The notes beneath the pieces were generated by a model. It did no database searches, was not told the origin of the DNA, and worked only from the letters and a program-made list of their open reading frames with translations. DNA of 64,000 nt from the NCBI GenBank assembly GCA_023898465.1, contig CP060223.1:96001-160000 (forward strand), in the 5' to 3' direction. The stretch is from Candidatus Nomurabacteria bacterium (GTDB taxonomy: Bacteria > Patescibacteriota > Patescibacteriia > HK-STAS-PATE-3). This document shows, in pieces, positions 40,141 to 50,613 of the stretch (the first letter of the stretch is position 1; every line of letters begins with the position of its first letter). The position numbers and the translations under genes were made by a program.

Positions 40141-41181
40141 ATGTCACATTTTAGTCCGAGTCAGTATTTACAACATAGACTCGAAAGTTGTGGTCACTAC
40201 GAGTTGACCGCGTCAGACCATGTTCTACTCAAAGAAAAAGGCATGGAAGAGTTCTTGTACGCCAAGCTTACTTCCAAGAAATTTCGGAAGTGGAGAATTC
40301 AAGAAAGTTACCAAAAAGAGATTCGTGAACAGATTCGCTATTGTGTAGAAAAAAATATTCCAATAGAGCCAACTTGGTTTTTTGGTGGATATAAATTATG
40401 GAGCTTACCCGGCTCGCCTGAACCAAACTGGGCTGAGTTTTTTACTATCGCATATTTTCTACAATTTATTTCTCCAATCGCGGCGGCTTATTCTCCCGGT
40501 GTGACTTTCAAATTTTGGGTTGCTCATGCTTCAATTATGCTGCAGCAAAGCAATATACCCATTAAAGAGTGTATAAAATATAGAGAGGAATTTAATCGAT
40601 TGCTTTCCTTTTTTAGAAAGTACCTTCCCTCAAATATTGTTGTAGAGCTTCATGACTATTCTGAACTTTATCCAGATCAAAACGAATACGAGCAAGAATT
40701 AGAGCAATGTATCCTAAATACAGAAAGAAAATATCACGAAGAATGGACTGAGGATAGAAAAAGAATTAAGAGAACAACTTCAGAATTAAATATACAGTGG
40801 TCTGGAGCAGAGGATTGGACCAAGTTGGGTGAAAGTGAAAGAGAAGAAAAGATTTTTCGTGGACCATTGGTTCATGATGGGTATTGTGCTTTATCAAGAG
40901 TGAACGAAGCATTACGCGGGTCAGGTAAACTTGACTTGAGTGCTACGCCTTTGCCTTCAGGATCAATTCCAGTTGGCACAAGTGCAAGTTCCGTGACTAA
41001 ATTCTGGACCGGAGTTGGTGTGCTTGAAAAACATGATAGTCGCTATGTGGAGCGAATTTTATCCCCTCAGCAATGGAATGCTGTTCAGGGTCTATCTGTT
41101 CAAATTGAAGCAATCGATTGGCTGCCAATGAAAAACTTTCACGAGATCCAAGTGTATCCTGAGCTGAATTTTTCTCGCTAG
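40141..41181 (+). CDS. Hypothetical cytoplasmic protein, paralog B of a tandem pair.
   Basis: See paralog A. The middle region is divergent. Confidence 0.55.
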   Translation: MSHFSPSQYLQHRLESCGHYELTASDHVLLKEKGMEEFLYAKLTSKKFRKWRIQESYQKEIREQIRYCVEKNIPIEPTWFFGGYKLWSLPGSPEPNWAEFFTIAYFLQFISPIAAAYSPGVTFKFWVAHASIMLQQSNIPIKECIKYREEFNRLLSFFRKYLPSNIVVELHDYSELYPDQNEYEQELEQCILNTERKYHEEWTEDRKRIKRTTSELNIQWSGAEDWTKLGESEREEKIFRGPLVHDGYCALSRVNEALRGSGKLDLSATPLPSGSIPVGTSASSVTKFWTGVGVLEKHDSRYVERILSPQQWNAVQGLSVQIEAIDWLPMKNFHEIQVYPELNFSR

Positions 41182-41237
41182 ATAAGACTGGACAATTTTA
41201 TCCTCTCTACGTACTATGCAAGTAGTCCGTCTTCAGA

Positions 41238-41966
41238 ATGGCTGTACACAATATTAAGGGGCATAGCATGTTTTCTCGTAATATCTTGATCGCCCTTTCT
41301 CAACCTGAGGATGGGGACATGCGGGCGCAAGCGTCCGATGGAAACGGCCTAGAACGCCGTAGGATTTTTTTGGAGTCCGAGGGCTTTAGGTCTGATCAGG
41401 CTGTCTACGCTGGACTTGATCATGGCACGAATGTGATTGCAGTCCGCGGGACAGACGCTGGTCAAACTGTTCCAGACGTGGACGGTTTAGTAACGAACGA
41501 AGCAGGTCTAGTCCTGGGTCTGACCGTAGCTGATTGTTTGCCAGTTTATTTGTATGACCCAAGGACCGAGGCGATTGGACTCCTCCATGCCGGGTGGCGC
41601 GGCTTGGAGCAAGGTGTGCTGAGGCAGGGGATTGAACGAATGCAGCAAAGCTTCCGAGTGCACCCAGAGGATGTATTCGCAGCAATTGGTCCGAGTATCC
41701 GATCCTGCCACTATCAAGTAGGCGAGGAAGTGGCGAGACGATTTCGGGCACGCTATTCACTAGCTTTGGAACAGCGGGGACTCGAAACAAGACTGGATCT
41801 TACCAGGGTTGCTCGTATGCAGCTCGGTGAGGTAGGAGTCATTGCGCGTCACATCGAGGTTCATCCTCATTGCACCTACTGTCGGCCGGGTTTGTACTTT
41901 TCTCGTCGGAGGCAGGGCACAGGCTTTGGTCTGATGCTTGCTACAATCGCACGCTTACCAAGTTAG
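41238..41966 (+). CDS. PgeF/YfiH-family (DUF152, laccase-domain, purine-nucleoside-phosphorylase-like) protein.
   Basis: ADCLPVYLYD...GLLHAGWRGL motif. Local GC about 57%. Confidence 0.75.
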   Translation: MAVHNIKGHSMFSRNILIALSQPEDGDMRAQASDGNGLERRRIFLESEGFRSDQAVYAGLDHGTNVIAVRGTDAGQTVPDVDGLVTNEAGLVLGLTVADCLPVYLYDPRTEAIGLLHAGWRGLEQGVLRQGIERMQQSFRVHPEDVFAAIGPSIRSCHYQVGEEVARRFRARYSLALEQRGLETRLDLTRVARMQLGEVGVIARHIEVHPHCTYCRPGLYFSRRRQGTGFGLMLATIARLPS

Positions 41967-42188
41967 TCCACCTCAGGTAAAAGCAATCCTTCGGGATTGC
42001 TTTTCGCTAATCCTAGCAGAATTTTTTTGGCGTCTTTTCCATTTTGCTCTTTTATTTTTGCACTCTCTTGACAAAGTTTCGTACCGTAGAGGGGCTGTGG
42101 ATGATTTTACCCCTATAAACATTGGCGGAAATTAACTTTTCGGTTATACTATCTCAAGAACTTTCGATAATTAATTTAAGGAGATGCT

Positions 42189-42470
42189 ATGGCAAAAATG
42201 ACCAAATCTCAACTCCTCACCATGTTGGCTGAAAAGAGCAACATGTCAAAGAAGGATGTTGGCGAGTTTCTCGACATGCTGGCCCAGATGGCCTATGACG
42301 AGACCAAGCGAAATGGCGAGTTTACCCTCCCAGGTCTTGGTAAGCTGGTGAAGAAGCACCGTGCTGCTCGTTCCGGTCGTAACCCTGCTACTGGCGAAAC
42401 GATCCAGATCCCGGCCAAGACCGTGGTGAAGTTCCGTGTTGCCAAGGCAGCCAAAGAAGCAATTCTGTAA
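42189..42470 (+). CDS. DNA-binding protein HU.
   Basis: 93 aa, GFGKF-arm-like region RNPATGETIQIPAKTVVKF. Confidence 0.9.
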   Translation: MAKMTKSQLLTMLAEKSNMSKKDVGEFLDMLAQMAYDETKRNGEFTLPGLGKLVKKHRAARSGRNPATGETIQIPAKTVVKFRVAKAAKEAIL

Positions 42471-42495
42471 TTTCAACAAGATAGTTTCTGATCAA

Positions 42496-42519
42496 GATCC
42501 CCGCGAGGGGATTTTGGTT
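42496..42519 (+). terminator. Rho-independent terminator after the HU gene.
   Basis: gatcccc-gcga-ggggat followed by TTTTGGTT. Confidence 0.65.
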
Positions 42520-42533
42520 ATGTAGAATAAACT

Positions 42534-42561
42534 TGATACAAAGGAATTTTTGTGGTATACT
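42534..42561 (+). promoter_or_regulatory. Sigma70 promoter with an extended -10.
   Basis: TTGATA, 16 nt spacer, TGgTATACT. Confidence 0.55.
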
Positions 42562-42659
42562 TTATGTGAAATAAAAATATGCGGGGGATTTGCAGCTAAC
42601 AATCAAAACTTCCGAACTCACCAAATGGTGGGGTTTTCGTTCTGTGATAGTAATTTTTT

Positions 42660-44894
42660 ATGCCAAATAAATCATTAAAAAAATCTATGCCAAGTACAAA
42701 AGGATCACGCACGGAGGAGGTTGGAGTAAAGACTCGCACTCGAGTTGATACCGCATTTGGTTTGTTGTTGATAGGTGGAGCACTTAGCGTTGGTATGTTT
42801 GCCTTTTTCTTCTTTAGCCAGGGATTCTCAAAGGAAGCTACTTCATTTGGCAATAAGGTGAACGAGCAACATCGCGCATCAAGCCTTTGGCCACATGTGA
42901 GAACGGCGATTCACTTCAATCATCGGCCTGTAAATAGCACAACAGAGGCAAATTTCTTAGCCACGCACTTTGACTATTATGTTGGTCAAGTCGGTACTTA
43001 TGCAAATTATTTACGTCAGGTTAATCCAAACATCAATCTGGCCTTTATGCGCAGCGTACGAGCTATTAACAGCGTGCCGGAATTAGAAACTTGGCTGGCA
43101 GATCATCCTGAATATGATGAGGAAGAATTTTTCTTGCACTACACCCAAGATACCTTGGTTGGACCTAGTGGAAATCAGATTCTCGTAAAGGGTTGGCGAG
43201 AGGAGTGCTCACCAAATTGTGAGCCAGCCGCAACGGCAACTACACGTGAAGAGAGTCGAGTGCCAGATTCTGGTGAGTTTGCCCGGGGTTGGTATGTGCC
43301 AAATCCAAACTATGAAGGTCTGCCTGTTTTTCAAGCTGACATGCTTGCTTTGCGACAAAGTTGGTACGGAATTGATGGCACTTTCTTTGATTGGTGTGCT
43401 GGAGCATCTGTACAAAGCGAGAATCACCTGAGTCGCACTGCTGAGTATGCCGACATAGATGATTCAGATAATTTTCGCCATCCTTTTGTAGGTGATTCAA
43501 TCGCTATCATGGATAAGGTTTTGGATCGCTATAACGAGGAATATGCCGATCAGTATGGATCAATTGATTGGATTCCTTGTAACACGGTAGCTGGATATTG
43601 GACCTATGATCACGGCAACATTGAAAACAATGACTACCGAGACGCTTTACTTGCCAGCGAGTCAAACAGCGAGTTTTTCTGGGAAGTGTGGATGCAATAT
43701 AATGATACTTATCCACTTACCTCAGGGCCAAGTCGAGATGTGCATTTGAAGTATCTCAAAGATACCATTGCGCTATCAAACCAGAAACAAACTGGACTCG
43801 AATTGGTTGCCCTGGGTGATCAGGCTAGCGATCGAACAAACACCTTCTTACTCGGCTTAGCGTATCTCGTCCAAACACCTGATCGCTCGGTAGTGTCATA
43901 TCGACTTGATGTGCCAGCTCATAATTCAGATGAGCATCTACAAAATTGGGCCTGGTTACCACAGTTAGCTTACGACATTGGCCAACCTGCTCAGAACCCA
44001 GCTGGTATTCGAGATGTCTTTGGCAATCAAAACACCAGTGAATTCTATGAATGGGCGACCGGAGCTGATCCGGGAAATTCAGGACATACCTATTCGATTT
44101 ATGCTCGACAATACGAGAATGCATTGGTGCTTACCAAAATGCGTCAGGCTCGTGAGGATGCTTGGGGAGATGCAACCGCGACCACGCATGAGCTTGATCA
44201 GCCATATCGAGTCTTACGGGCAGATGGAAGTGTAGGAGATGAAGTGAGTCAAGTTACTTTGCGTGATAACGAAGCAGTTATCCTCATTCGTACAGAAGCT
44301 CCATTAATCCAAAATGTGCAGACCGACCGTGTCTGGAGCACCCGAGCTTTAATTAGCGCTAAGGTGCAGGACGCACAATCAGTTGTTGTGCAGTACGGTA
44401 AGACCACCCAGTATGGCAATGAACTGGTTTTGAAGCGCTCACGGGTTGATGGTACTTACTCCGTCAATATTAATCGCCTCACTCAAGGCACGCTCTATCA
44501 CTATCGAATAAAGGCAACGGGTCAAAACGGCGCGACAGTGTATTCAAACGATTACAACTTCCGCACGCTGCAGAATTCCTTATCTTTGAAAGATGTTATT
44601 CATGTTTTACGAGATGATGGGACCATCGATGTCACCGTGGAATCGCCAAATGCGGATTTAGTCCAGCTGACGTATAACTCAAAGAAAACACCAAACGTTA
44701 CTGTTACCCTTGAGGAAGCGAGTGAGGGCGTCTTCACCACAACACTTTCTGGATTATTGCCTAATGAGCAATATACCTACAAGGTGCTCACACAACAGGG
44801 AAAAACAAAAGCGTATGCCTCGGGCAGTTTTACCCCTCGGAAGATAGATGAAGATATGTTCCCCAGCATCACACGCACGACAGTAGAAGAATAA
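42660..44894 (+). CDS. Large secreted/anchored hypothetical protein with C-terminal FN3-like beta-sandwich repeats.
   Basis: N-terminal TM. Two C-terminal FN3-like modules (VQYGKTTQYGNEL... and ...YTYKVLTQQGKTKAYASGSF). Confidence 0.55.
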   Translation: MPNKSLKKSMPSTKGSRTEEVGVKTRTRVDTAFGLLLIGGALSVGMFAFFFFSQGFSKEATSFGNKVNEQHRASSLWPHVRTAIHFNHRPVNSTTEANFLATHFDYYVGQVGTYANYLRQVNPNINLAFMRSVRAINSVPELETWLADHPEYDEEEFFLHYTQDTLVGPSGNQILVKGWREECSPNCEPAATATTREESRVPDSGEFARGWYVPNPNYEGLPVFQADMLALRQSWYGIDGTFFDWCAGASVQSENHLSRTAEYADIDDSDNFRHPFVGDSIAIMDKVLDRYNEEYADQYGSIDWIPCNTVAGYWTYDHGNIENNDYRDALLASESNSEFFWEVWMQYNDTYPLTSGPSRDVHLKYLKDTIALSNQKQTGLELVALGDQASDRTNTFLLGLAYLVQTPDRSVVSYRLDVPAHNSDEHLQNWAWLPQLAYDIGQPAQNPAGIRDVFGNQNTSEFYEWATGADPGNSGHTYSIYARQYENALVLTKMRQAREDAWGDATATTHELDQPYRVLRADGSVGDEVSQVTLRDNEAVILIRTEAPLIQNVQTDRVWSTRALISAKVQDAQSVVVQYGKTTQYGNELVLKRSRVDGTYSVNINRLTQGTLYHYRIKATGQNGATVYSNDYNFRTLQNSLSLKDVIHVLRDDGTIDVTVESPNADLVQLTYNSKKTPNVTVTLEEASEGVFTTTLSGLLPNEQYTYKVLTQQGKTKAYASGSFTPRKIDEDMFPSITRTTVEE

Positions 44895-44901
44895 GCTAAT
44901 C

Positions 44902-44934
44902 AAAAAAACGCCTCGGTCATCCGGGGCGTTTTTC
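44902..44934. terminator. Bidirectional intrinsic terminator between convergent genes.
   Basis: A-run, then hairpin acgcctcgg-tcat-ccggggcgt, then T-run. Confidence 0.6.
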
Positions 44935-44937
44935 GTA

Positions 44938-45465
44938 TCAAACTTTGGGAAGAATGCGTAGAGCGAGTAATACTAAACCTAGACTCAGACTTACAAAAAG
45001 CAATTGATCAATGAACCCACCAGTACGAATCCGCAGCATTTTTGGTGGACGCACCCGTAACTTCCATGGATAAAAAAGTGGAATGCCTGATGGCGTAACT
45101 CCATCAAGAAGTAGGTGGCTTGCATATCCTATGGCAACCGCAATGATGATAGCAATGGGTGGCTGCCAGAGGCTTGTCAGCGCGATAACTATGCCGAGGG
45201 CGAGAAGTGAATGCAGTAGGCCACGATGACCAAAAAGCGCATGGAGGAGCATTCCAAGAGGTCGCAAAAGTGGCAGACGTGGTCCTCGTCGACCAAGCTG
45301 AATACTGCTTTGTTGGAGCATTGAATTCGAGGCATCGAGATCAGGCAGGAGTGCGGCCACCCCTCCTATCAGCGTAATGAGAGCGACCTCCTGGCCAGGA
45401 AGGCTTGCAGCAAAAGTCCAGGCCGCTGCATTCGCGCCAGCTAAGAAGTGCGTTTTACCGGTCAT
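44938..45465 (-). CDS. Membrane-bound metal-dependent hydrolase (YdjM/DUF457-like).
   Basis: MTGKTHFLAG... with several TM helices and His residues. Confidence 0.55.
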   Translation of the reverse strand: MTGKTHFLAGANAAAWTFAASLPGQEVALITLIGGVAALLPDLDASNSMLQQSSIQLGRRGPRLPLLRPLGMLLHALFGHRGLLHSLLALGIVIALTSLWQPPIAIIIAVAIGYASHLLLDGVTPSGIPLFYPWKLRVRPPKMLRIRTGGFIDQLLFVSLSLGLVLLALRILPKV

Positions 45466-45467
45466 AC

Positions 45468-46412
45468 TTATTCGTGAGAAAGATTGTTGAGGTAACTCAC
45501 GGCTGAGAGGGCGGCGGCAACTCCTTGACCAACTGCCACGCCGATTTGCTTGTACGGAGTATTTGTTACATCACCAGCAGCAAAAATGCCAGGCACGCTT
45601 GTTTTCGCAGCCATGTCGGTGATAATCTCTCCGGCCTTATTTTTCTCAATATCCTGGATAAAGTCAGCATTAGGAATAGTGCCGATGTGAATAAAGACGC
45701 CATCAGCCTCAACGGTTTTTTCCTCACCACTTGCACTGTCTGTATAGCGTACACTTTTTACCTGAGCGTCACCTTCAATTGCCTGAGTAAGTGCGTTATA
45801 GCGAATATCTACATTTTGACATTTACTAAGCTTATCAATGAGGACTTGCTCACCTTTAAAGTGGTCGTTCTTATTAATAACAGTAACCTGACTGGCTAGT
45901 TCGCTCATCATCAGTCCTGACTCAAGGGCTGAGTTGCCGCCGCCAATAGTTACGACGCGCTTACCTTTAAACAGTGGGCCATCGCAGGTGGTGCAATAGG
46001 TTACCCCTTTGCCGCGCAGTTCAGTTTCACCTGCCACACCGAGATGCCGTGGATGAGCTCCTGTGGCAATAATAATTGCTTTGACTTGCCACTGAGCTGG
46101 GCCCTGTAGAGTGTCTGCTTCAACTAGGAATCCTTTATCCTGTTTTTGGATGGATTTCACTGTCACGCCTTCTTGTACAGGAATATTGTTATGCTGCAGC
46201 TGTTTACGAAATTGTTCAGTCAGAGTGAATCCGTCTGTCGAAGGGAATCCGGTATAGTTTTCAATCTCGCCACTAGTAAAAACCTCACCGCCAATATCCA
46301 AACTGACATGAGTGAATTTTAGAGAACGTCGAGCAGCATAGACTGCCGCGGTCACGCCGGCGGCTGATCCGCCAATAATCAAAAGGTCGCTTTGGGTTGG
46401 GGTTGAGCTCAT
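45468..46412 (-). CDS. trxB: Thioredoxin-disulfide reductase.
   Basis: GGSAAG FAD motif, redox CTTC, GGGNSA NADPH motif. 314 aa. Confidence 0.9.
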   Translation of the reverse strand: MSSTPTQSDLLIIGGSAAGVTAAVYAARRSLKFTHVSLDIGGEVFTSGEIENYTGFPSTDGFTLTEQFRKQLQHNNIPVQEGVTVKSIQKQDKGFLVEADTLQGPAQWQVKAIIIATGAHPRHLGVAGETELRGKGVTYCTTCDGPLFKGKRVVTIGGGNSALESGLMMSELASQVTVINKNDHFKGEQVLIDKLSKCQNVDIRYNALTQAIEGDAQVKSVRYTDSASGEEKTVEADGVFIHIGTIPNADFIQDIEKNKAGEIITDMAAKTSVPGIFAAGDVTNTPYKQIGVAVGQGVAAALSAVSYLNNLSHE

Positions 46413-46558
46413 ACAGGGTAAAACTAAGGAATGAAGCAGTAGGAGTATAGCAGATACTTCCCACCTAATCGAGCGAAAGCAGCACTTTCACTAGTAAAGT
46501 AAGGCTTTTTCTGCTATACTACTTATATCAATCATTGATTTTAAAGGTAAGGAACGAT

Positions 46559-46918
46559 ATGGACAGCGCAACTCTTGAACAAATCAAAGCCAAATTATTG
46601 CAACAAAAGGAGCAGCTACAATCTGAGTTACAGCGAGAATCTTCGCCAACTCCGGATGAGGTAGATGGTCGCACCGCATCTTTCCCTGACTATGGCGATC
46701 ATGATGATGAAAACGCCTCTGAGGTAGCAGATTATGCGACCAATATGCAGGTGGAGGAAAACCGGGAGGAATTGCTTGCTTCGATAGAAAAAAGCTTGAC
46801 CGAAATTGAGCAGGGTAGCTATGGGAAGTGTCAGAGCTGCGGCAAAGAAATTGCAGCTGAACGGCTCTTAGCAAATCCAACCGCGCAAACGTGTCTGAGC
46901 TGCGCCAATCAAGCTTAA
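46559..46918 (+). CDS. DksA/TraR-family C4 zinc-finger protein.
   Basis: Coiled-coil N-terminus followed by CQSCGKEI...CLSC. Confidence 0.7.
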   Translation: MDSATLEQIKAKLLQQKEQLQSELQRESSPTPDEVDGRTASFPDYGDHDDENASEVADYATNMQVEENREELLASIEKSLTEIEQGSYGKCQSCGKEIAAERLLANPTAQTCLSCANQA

Positions 46919-47376
46919 GTCTCTTTAGCAGCACACATCGGTTTAGCATAGTACTAGGCCTTTGCCTTTTGGTGCTTGATCGTTTTTTTAAAGCCCTAGT
47001 GCTGCATGGGTTTACTTGGCCAAACCCTGATGCTTGGTTAAGTATTGGATATTATCCAAATCCAAATTTTTTTGCAGATACTAATTTAGCTTACCCGCTC
47101 ATCATTGGTATTACCACAGTTGTTCTCTTGTTCGTCATTGGACTATTTGTGTATGGCATACGCTATCGTTATCCAGGGATTGTGGCAGCTGGTGTGTGGA
47201 TTATTCTGGGAGGAATGAGCAATTTTTGGGATCGACTCAAGTATCAGCACGTGCTTGATTATGTTGGTGTCGCACATTGGCCGGTATTTAACATTGCCGA
47301 TATCCTTATTTTTATCGGCGTGATTTGGTATGGTGTGATTATCCTACGTAGTTGGAAAAGTCAGGGGATGCGTTGA
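46891..47376 (+). CDS. lspA: Lipoprotein signal peptidase (signal peptidase II).
   Basis: GGMSNFWDR plus VFNIADILIFIGV, which are the LspA C-terminal motifs GNxxDR and FNxAD. Four TM helices. Confidence 0.65.
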   Translation: MSELRQSSLSLFSSTHRFSIVLGLCLLVLDRFFKALVLHGFTWPNPDAWLSIGYYPNPNFFADTNLAYPLIIGITTVVLLFVIGLFVYGIRYRYPGIVAAGVWIILGGMSNFWDRLKYQHVLDYVGVAHWPVFNIADILIFIGVIWYGVIILRSWKSQGMR

Positions 47377-47442
47377 CATCCTCGCCAAGTTAAGGTTAAT
47401 GTATAGACAGACAAGACGGTGGCGCAAAAAGGCCATCGTATT

Positions 47443-48957
47443 ATGTTTCAGAGGATTCGTAGCGCCGCGGTCTATGGTTTAGACGCAGAGTTGGTTGAGG
47501 TAGAAGCGTATATTGCGGCAGGGTTGCCGAAATTTTTAGTTGTGGGCTTGCCTGATGCCGCGGTGCAGGAAGCTCGTGAGCGAGTCCGATCAGCAATACT
47601 GAGCTCGGGTTTTGATTTTCCCAATCATCATGTGATTGTGAATTTGGCGCCGGCTGATATGCGTAAGGCAGGACCGGCCTATGATTTACCGATTGCTCTG
47701 GCTATTCTCTTAGCCTCAGGTCAGATTCCAGCACCTGAGGGTGAGTTGTGCTTTATAGGTGAGCTTGCGCTGGATGGTAGTCTCCGCTCAGTACGAGGCG
47801 CTTTACCGATTGCTGAACATATATCTCGCTCAGGTATTCGTGAATTGTTTTTACCAGCTTGTAATGCCCGAGAGGCATCAATCATCTCCGGTTTTGCTAT
47901 CCGGCCGGTTACAACACTTCAAGACATTGTCGCACATATTCGTGGACAAAAAGAGCTTCCGGTACTACGCGAGCATCTCGACTTTGCTCAGATTCGGAGT
48001 GAAGAAAGTTTCCCAGTTGACTTTAGTGAAATACGCGGTCAGCAATTTGGTAAACGAGCCCTAGAGGTCGCGGCAGCCGGCGGCCACAATGTGCTCTTCA
48101 CCGGTCCACCAGGGTCTGGAAAAACTATGTTGGCCCGCGCTTTACCGAGCATCCTCCCGCCCTTAGAATTTACCGAAGCACTGGAAGTAACCAAGCTCTA
48201 TAGCGTTGCCGGATTACTCGACGAAAAAGAGCCGCTCAAAATTACCCGGCCATTTCGCCAACCGCATCATACGGCTTCCTCAGCAGCAATTGTAGGTGGA
48301 GGGAGGATTCCTAAGCCCGGTGAGATTTCCTTAGCGCATCGGGGAGTGTTATTTCTTGACGAGTTGCCTGAATTTCCTCGACCCGTTTTAGAAACTTTGC
48401 GACAGCCCCTAGAAGAAGGTCGAGTTACTATTGCACGTGTTTCAGCGACCTTACAATATCCAGCTGCACATATCTTCTTAGCAGCTCGTAATCCTTGTCC
48501 CTGCGGTTTTGCCGGTGATCCTGAGCGTGCGTGTACTTGTCATCCTAGTGCTCGTGTACGATATGCCAAGAGAATTTCCGGCCCATTACTCGATAGGATA
48601 GATTTGCACGTGACTATTCCCCGCTTACCAGTTGAGGAGCTTCTCCACACTGAAAAAGGTGAGTCATCGTCAATTATTCGTTCGAGGGTAATAAATGCCC
48701 GGAAACGGCAGCTTCATCGGGCTGCGCGCACGCAGGTACAAACAAACAGTGAGCTTCGAAACCGACAGCTAGAAAAGCTCGTGCAGGTAGATGCAGATGC
48801 TCGCGCTTTACTTGAAACGGCGGTACAGCGTTTCCAACTATCAGCTCGGGCTTATTACCGCCTCTTAAAAGTAGCACTCACCATTGCAGATTTAGCCAGC
48901 AGTGATGAAATAAAAAGTGAACACGTAGCAGAAGCGGTGCAATATAGAGGAAATTAA
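47443..48957 (+). CDS. comM: YifB/ComM-family Mg-chelatase-like AAA+ ATPase.
   Basis: N-terminal Lon-like domain and AAA+ module GPPGSGKTMLA. Confidence 0.85.
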   Translation: MFQRIRSAAVYGLDAELVEVEAYIAAGLPKFLVVGLPDAAVQEARERVRSAILSSGFDFPNHHVIVNLAPADMRKAGPAYDLPIALAILLASGQIPAPEGELCFIGELALDGSLRSVRGALPIAEHISRSGIRELFLPACNAREASIISGFAIRPVTTLQDIVAHIRGQKELPVLREHLDFAQIRSEESFPVDFSEIRGQQFGKRALEVAAAGGHNVLFTGPPGSGKTMLARALPSILPPLEFTEALEVTKLYSVAGLLDEKEPLKITRPFRQPHHTASSAAIVGGGRIPKPGEISLAHRGVLFLDELPEFPRPVLETLRQPLEEGRVTIARVSATLQYPAAHIFLAARNPCPCGFAGDPERACTCHPSARVRYAKRISGPLLDRIDLHVTIPRLPVEELLHTEKGESSSIIRSRVINARKRQLHRAARTQVQTNSELRNRQLEKLVQVDADARALLETAVQRFQLSARAYYRLLKVALTIADLASSDEIKSEHVAEAVQYRGN

Positions 48958-49058
48958 ATGAGAAATAAGAATTTACAAATGCGAAACAAGCACTAATGAC
49001 ACAATCACTAAATTCAAAACTCCTATTTGTTTAGGAATTCGATTTTCTTATTTAGAGC

Positions 49059-50402
49059 TTAGAAGTAGTTGAACGGATTGGTGCGTCGGCCGTTTACCCA
49101 GACTTCGAAGTGCAGGTGGTCGCCAGTACACCAGCCAGTACAACCGGAAATGCCGATAGTTTCGCCCTTGCTCACTGTTTGGCCTACGCTGACATAGGAC
49201 TTGCTTAGGTGAGCATAGAGGGTTTGCAGACCATTACCGTGGTCGATGATGATGTTATTGCCGTAGCCAGTTCCCCAGTTTGTGCGGACAACTCGTCCTC
49301 CATCTGATGCATAAATAGGTGAGGTGCGAGTATGAATATCAATACCGGTGTGACGTGCGCTATAACCCTGGTTAATTTTGTGACTGACCGTAGGCCAGAA
49401 CATTCCAGCACCAACGTTGGTGGCGGAGGCTGGTCGAGGACCACTGCTGACGCTGCTGGCAACTTGAGTGGAACTAACAGTTGTTTTAGGCGCTGGAGGA
49501 GGTTCAATTTTACCGCCCGGAATGATGAGTTGCTGCCCAACTTCAATAGCACTTGCATCAGCCAATTGGTTAAACTCTAGGATATCATCAGCGTTTGCTT
49601 CGTACTTCTTTGCGAGCGATGCAATGGTATCGCCGCTTTGTACTGAGTGGACAACACCGCTGACCGGAGGGATTTTTAATGTTTGACCAGGCTTAATGAC
49701 TGAGGAGTCGTTAAGGTTATTTGCCCAGAGGAGCGTGTTGGTGCTGACAGAAAATTGTGAGGCAATGATACTGATAGTATCGCCACCCTCAACGACATAT
49801 TCACGGACCTGGTCGCGGGGCACTCCTAATTCGCTGGTGCTTGGGATATTTGCCTTGGCTAGCGCTTCACCACTTCCTTCATTTCGGGCGATAGCTAAGA
49901 GCTGACGCTGCTGTTCAGATTCCTCGGTATTTCGATGATAGCGGTCAATTGCTCCGTCGCGGGTGATTGAGCTCAGTGCAGAATTCGGCGCCACCACCGC
50001 GTACTCGACATATTCTTCGTCAGTTTCTTGATTATGCAGAATAGTATTTACTAAAGTGCCACTGGCAAAGTCTTCAATAGCGGCTTCTCGAGCTAATACA
50101 TTATTAGTAAGTACTCCGAAGATTACGACAATAACGACCACGTGAAGCAAATAGCGCGTGGTGATTGGATACCACCATGAGGACTTACTTCCGGCAAGAG
50201 ATTTCTCAAGCCGTTGGGTTACACGTAAATATTGTCGATAGATTGGAACTGCCAATACCATAAAGGTGGCATTCCAAAACCACGCCAGAGGTTTAAAAAT
50301 TCCGTAGATAACAATAAGCACGACCAACTTCCAAAGATAGCGGACGAGATGGTAGACGCCAAAAGCTAATTTGAGTACCTGCGATTTGAGCTGTAAACTC
50401 AC
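49059..50402 (-). CDS. M23-family metallopeptidase with two LysM domains and an N-terminal TM region.
   Basis: LysM motifs (GDTISIIASQFSV..., GDTIASLAKKYEA...). M23 HxxxD/HxH (GIDIH...GDHLHFEVW). Confidence 0.85.
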   Translation of the reverse strand: MSLQLKSQVLKLAFGVYHLVRYLWKLVVLIVIYGIFKPLAWFWNATFMVLAVPIYRQYLRVTQRLEKSLAGSKSSWWYPITTRYLLHVVVIVVIFGVLTNNVLAREAAIEDFASGTLVNTILHNQETDEEYVEYAVVAPNSALSSITRDGAIDRYHRNTEESEQQRQLLAIARNEGSGEALAKANIPSTSELGVPRDQVREYVVEGGDTISIIASQFSVSTNTLLWANNLNDSSVIKPGQTLKIPPVSGVVHSVQSGDTIASLAKKYEANADDILEFNQLADASAIEVGQQLIIPGGKIEPPPAPKTTVSSTQVASSVSSGPRPASATNVGAGMFWPTVSHKINQGYSARHTGIDIHTRTSPIYASDGGRVVRTNWGTGYGNNIIIDHGNGLQTLYAHLSKSYVSVGQTVSKGETIGISGCTGWCTGDHLHFEVWVNGRRTNPFNYF

Positions 50403-50613
50403 GCGGGGCCTATGTGCCGATCCAGTGTCGACTTGCTTGCAACCGTTTTTTTTCTGCGCAAGGATTAAGGGAACAGCTTACGGGAAAACGCAAAGAACTA
50501 TACCAGTCTAGGCAATAACTGTCAATCGTATATCGTATGACCTTTTTCCTAAGTTTAGCAGCCGTACTATATAGTTGCGAAAACAGGGGATTTTCAGGTA
50601 GACTGAGCCTAGT

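Noticed and set aside
50403-50613. T-box leader upstream of leuS.
   Set aside because: No T-box consensus (AATTAGGGTGGNACCGCG) or specifier-loop/antiterminator arrangement is recognisable in the 210 nt upstream region.
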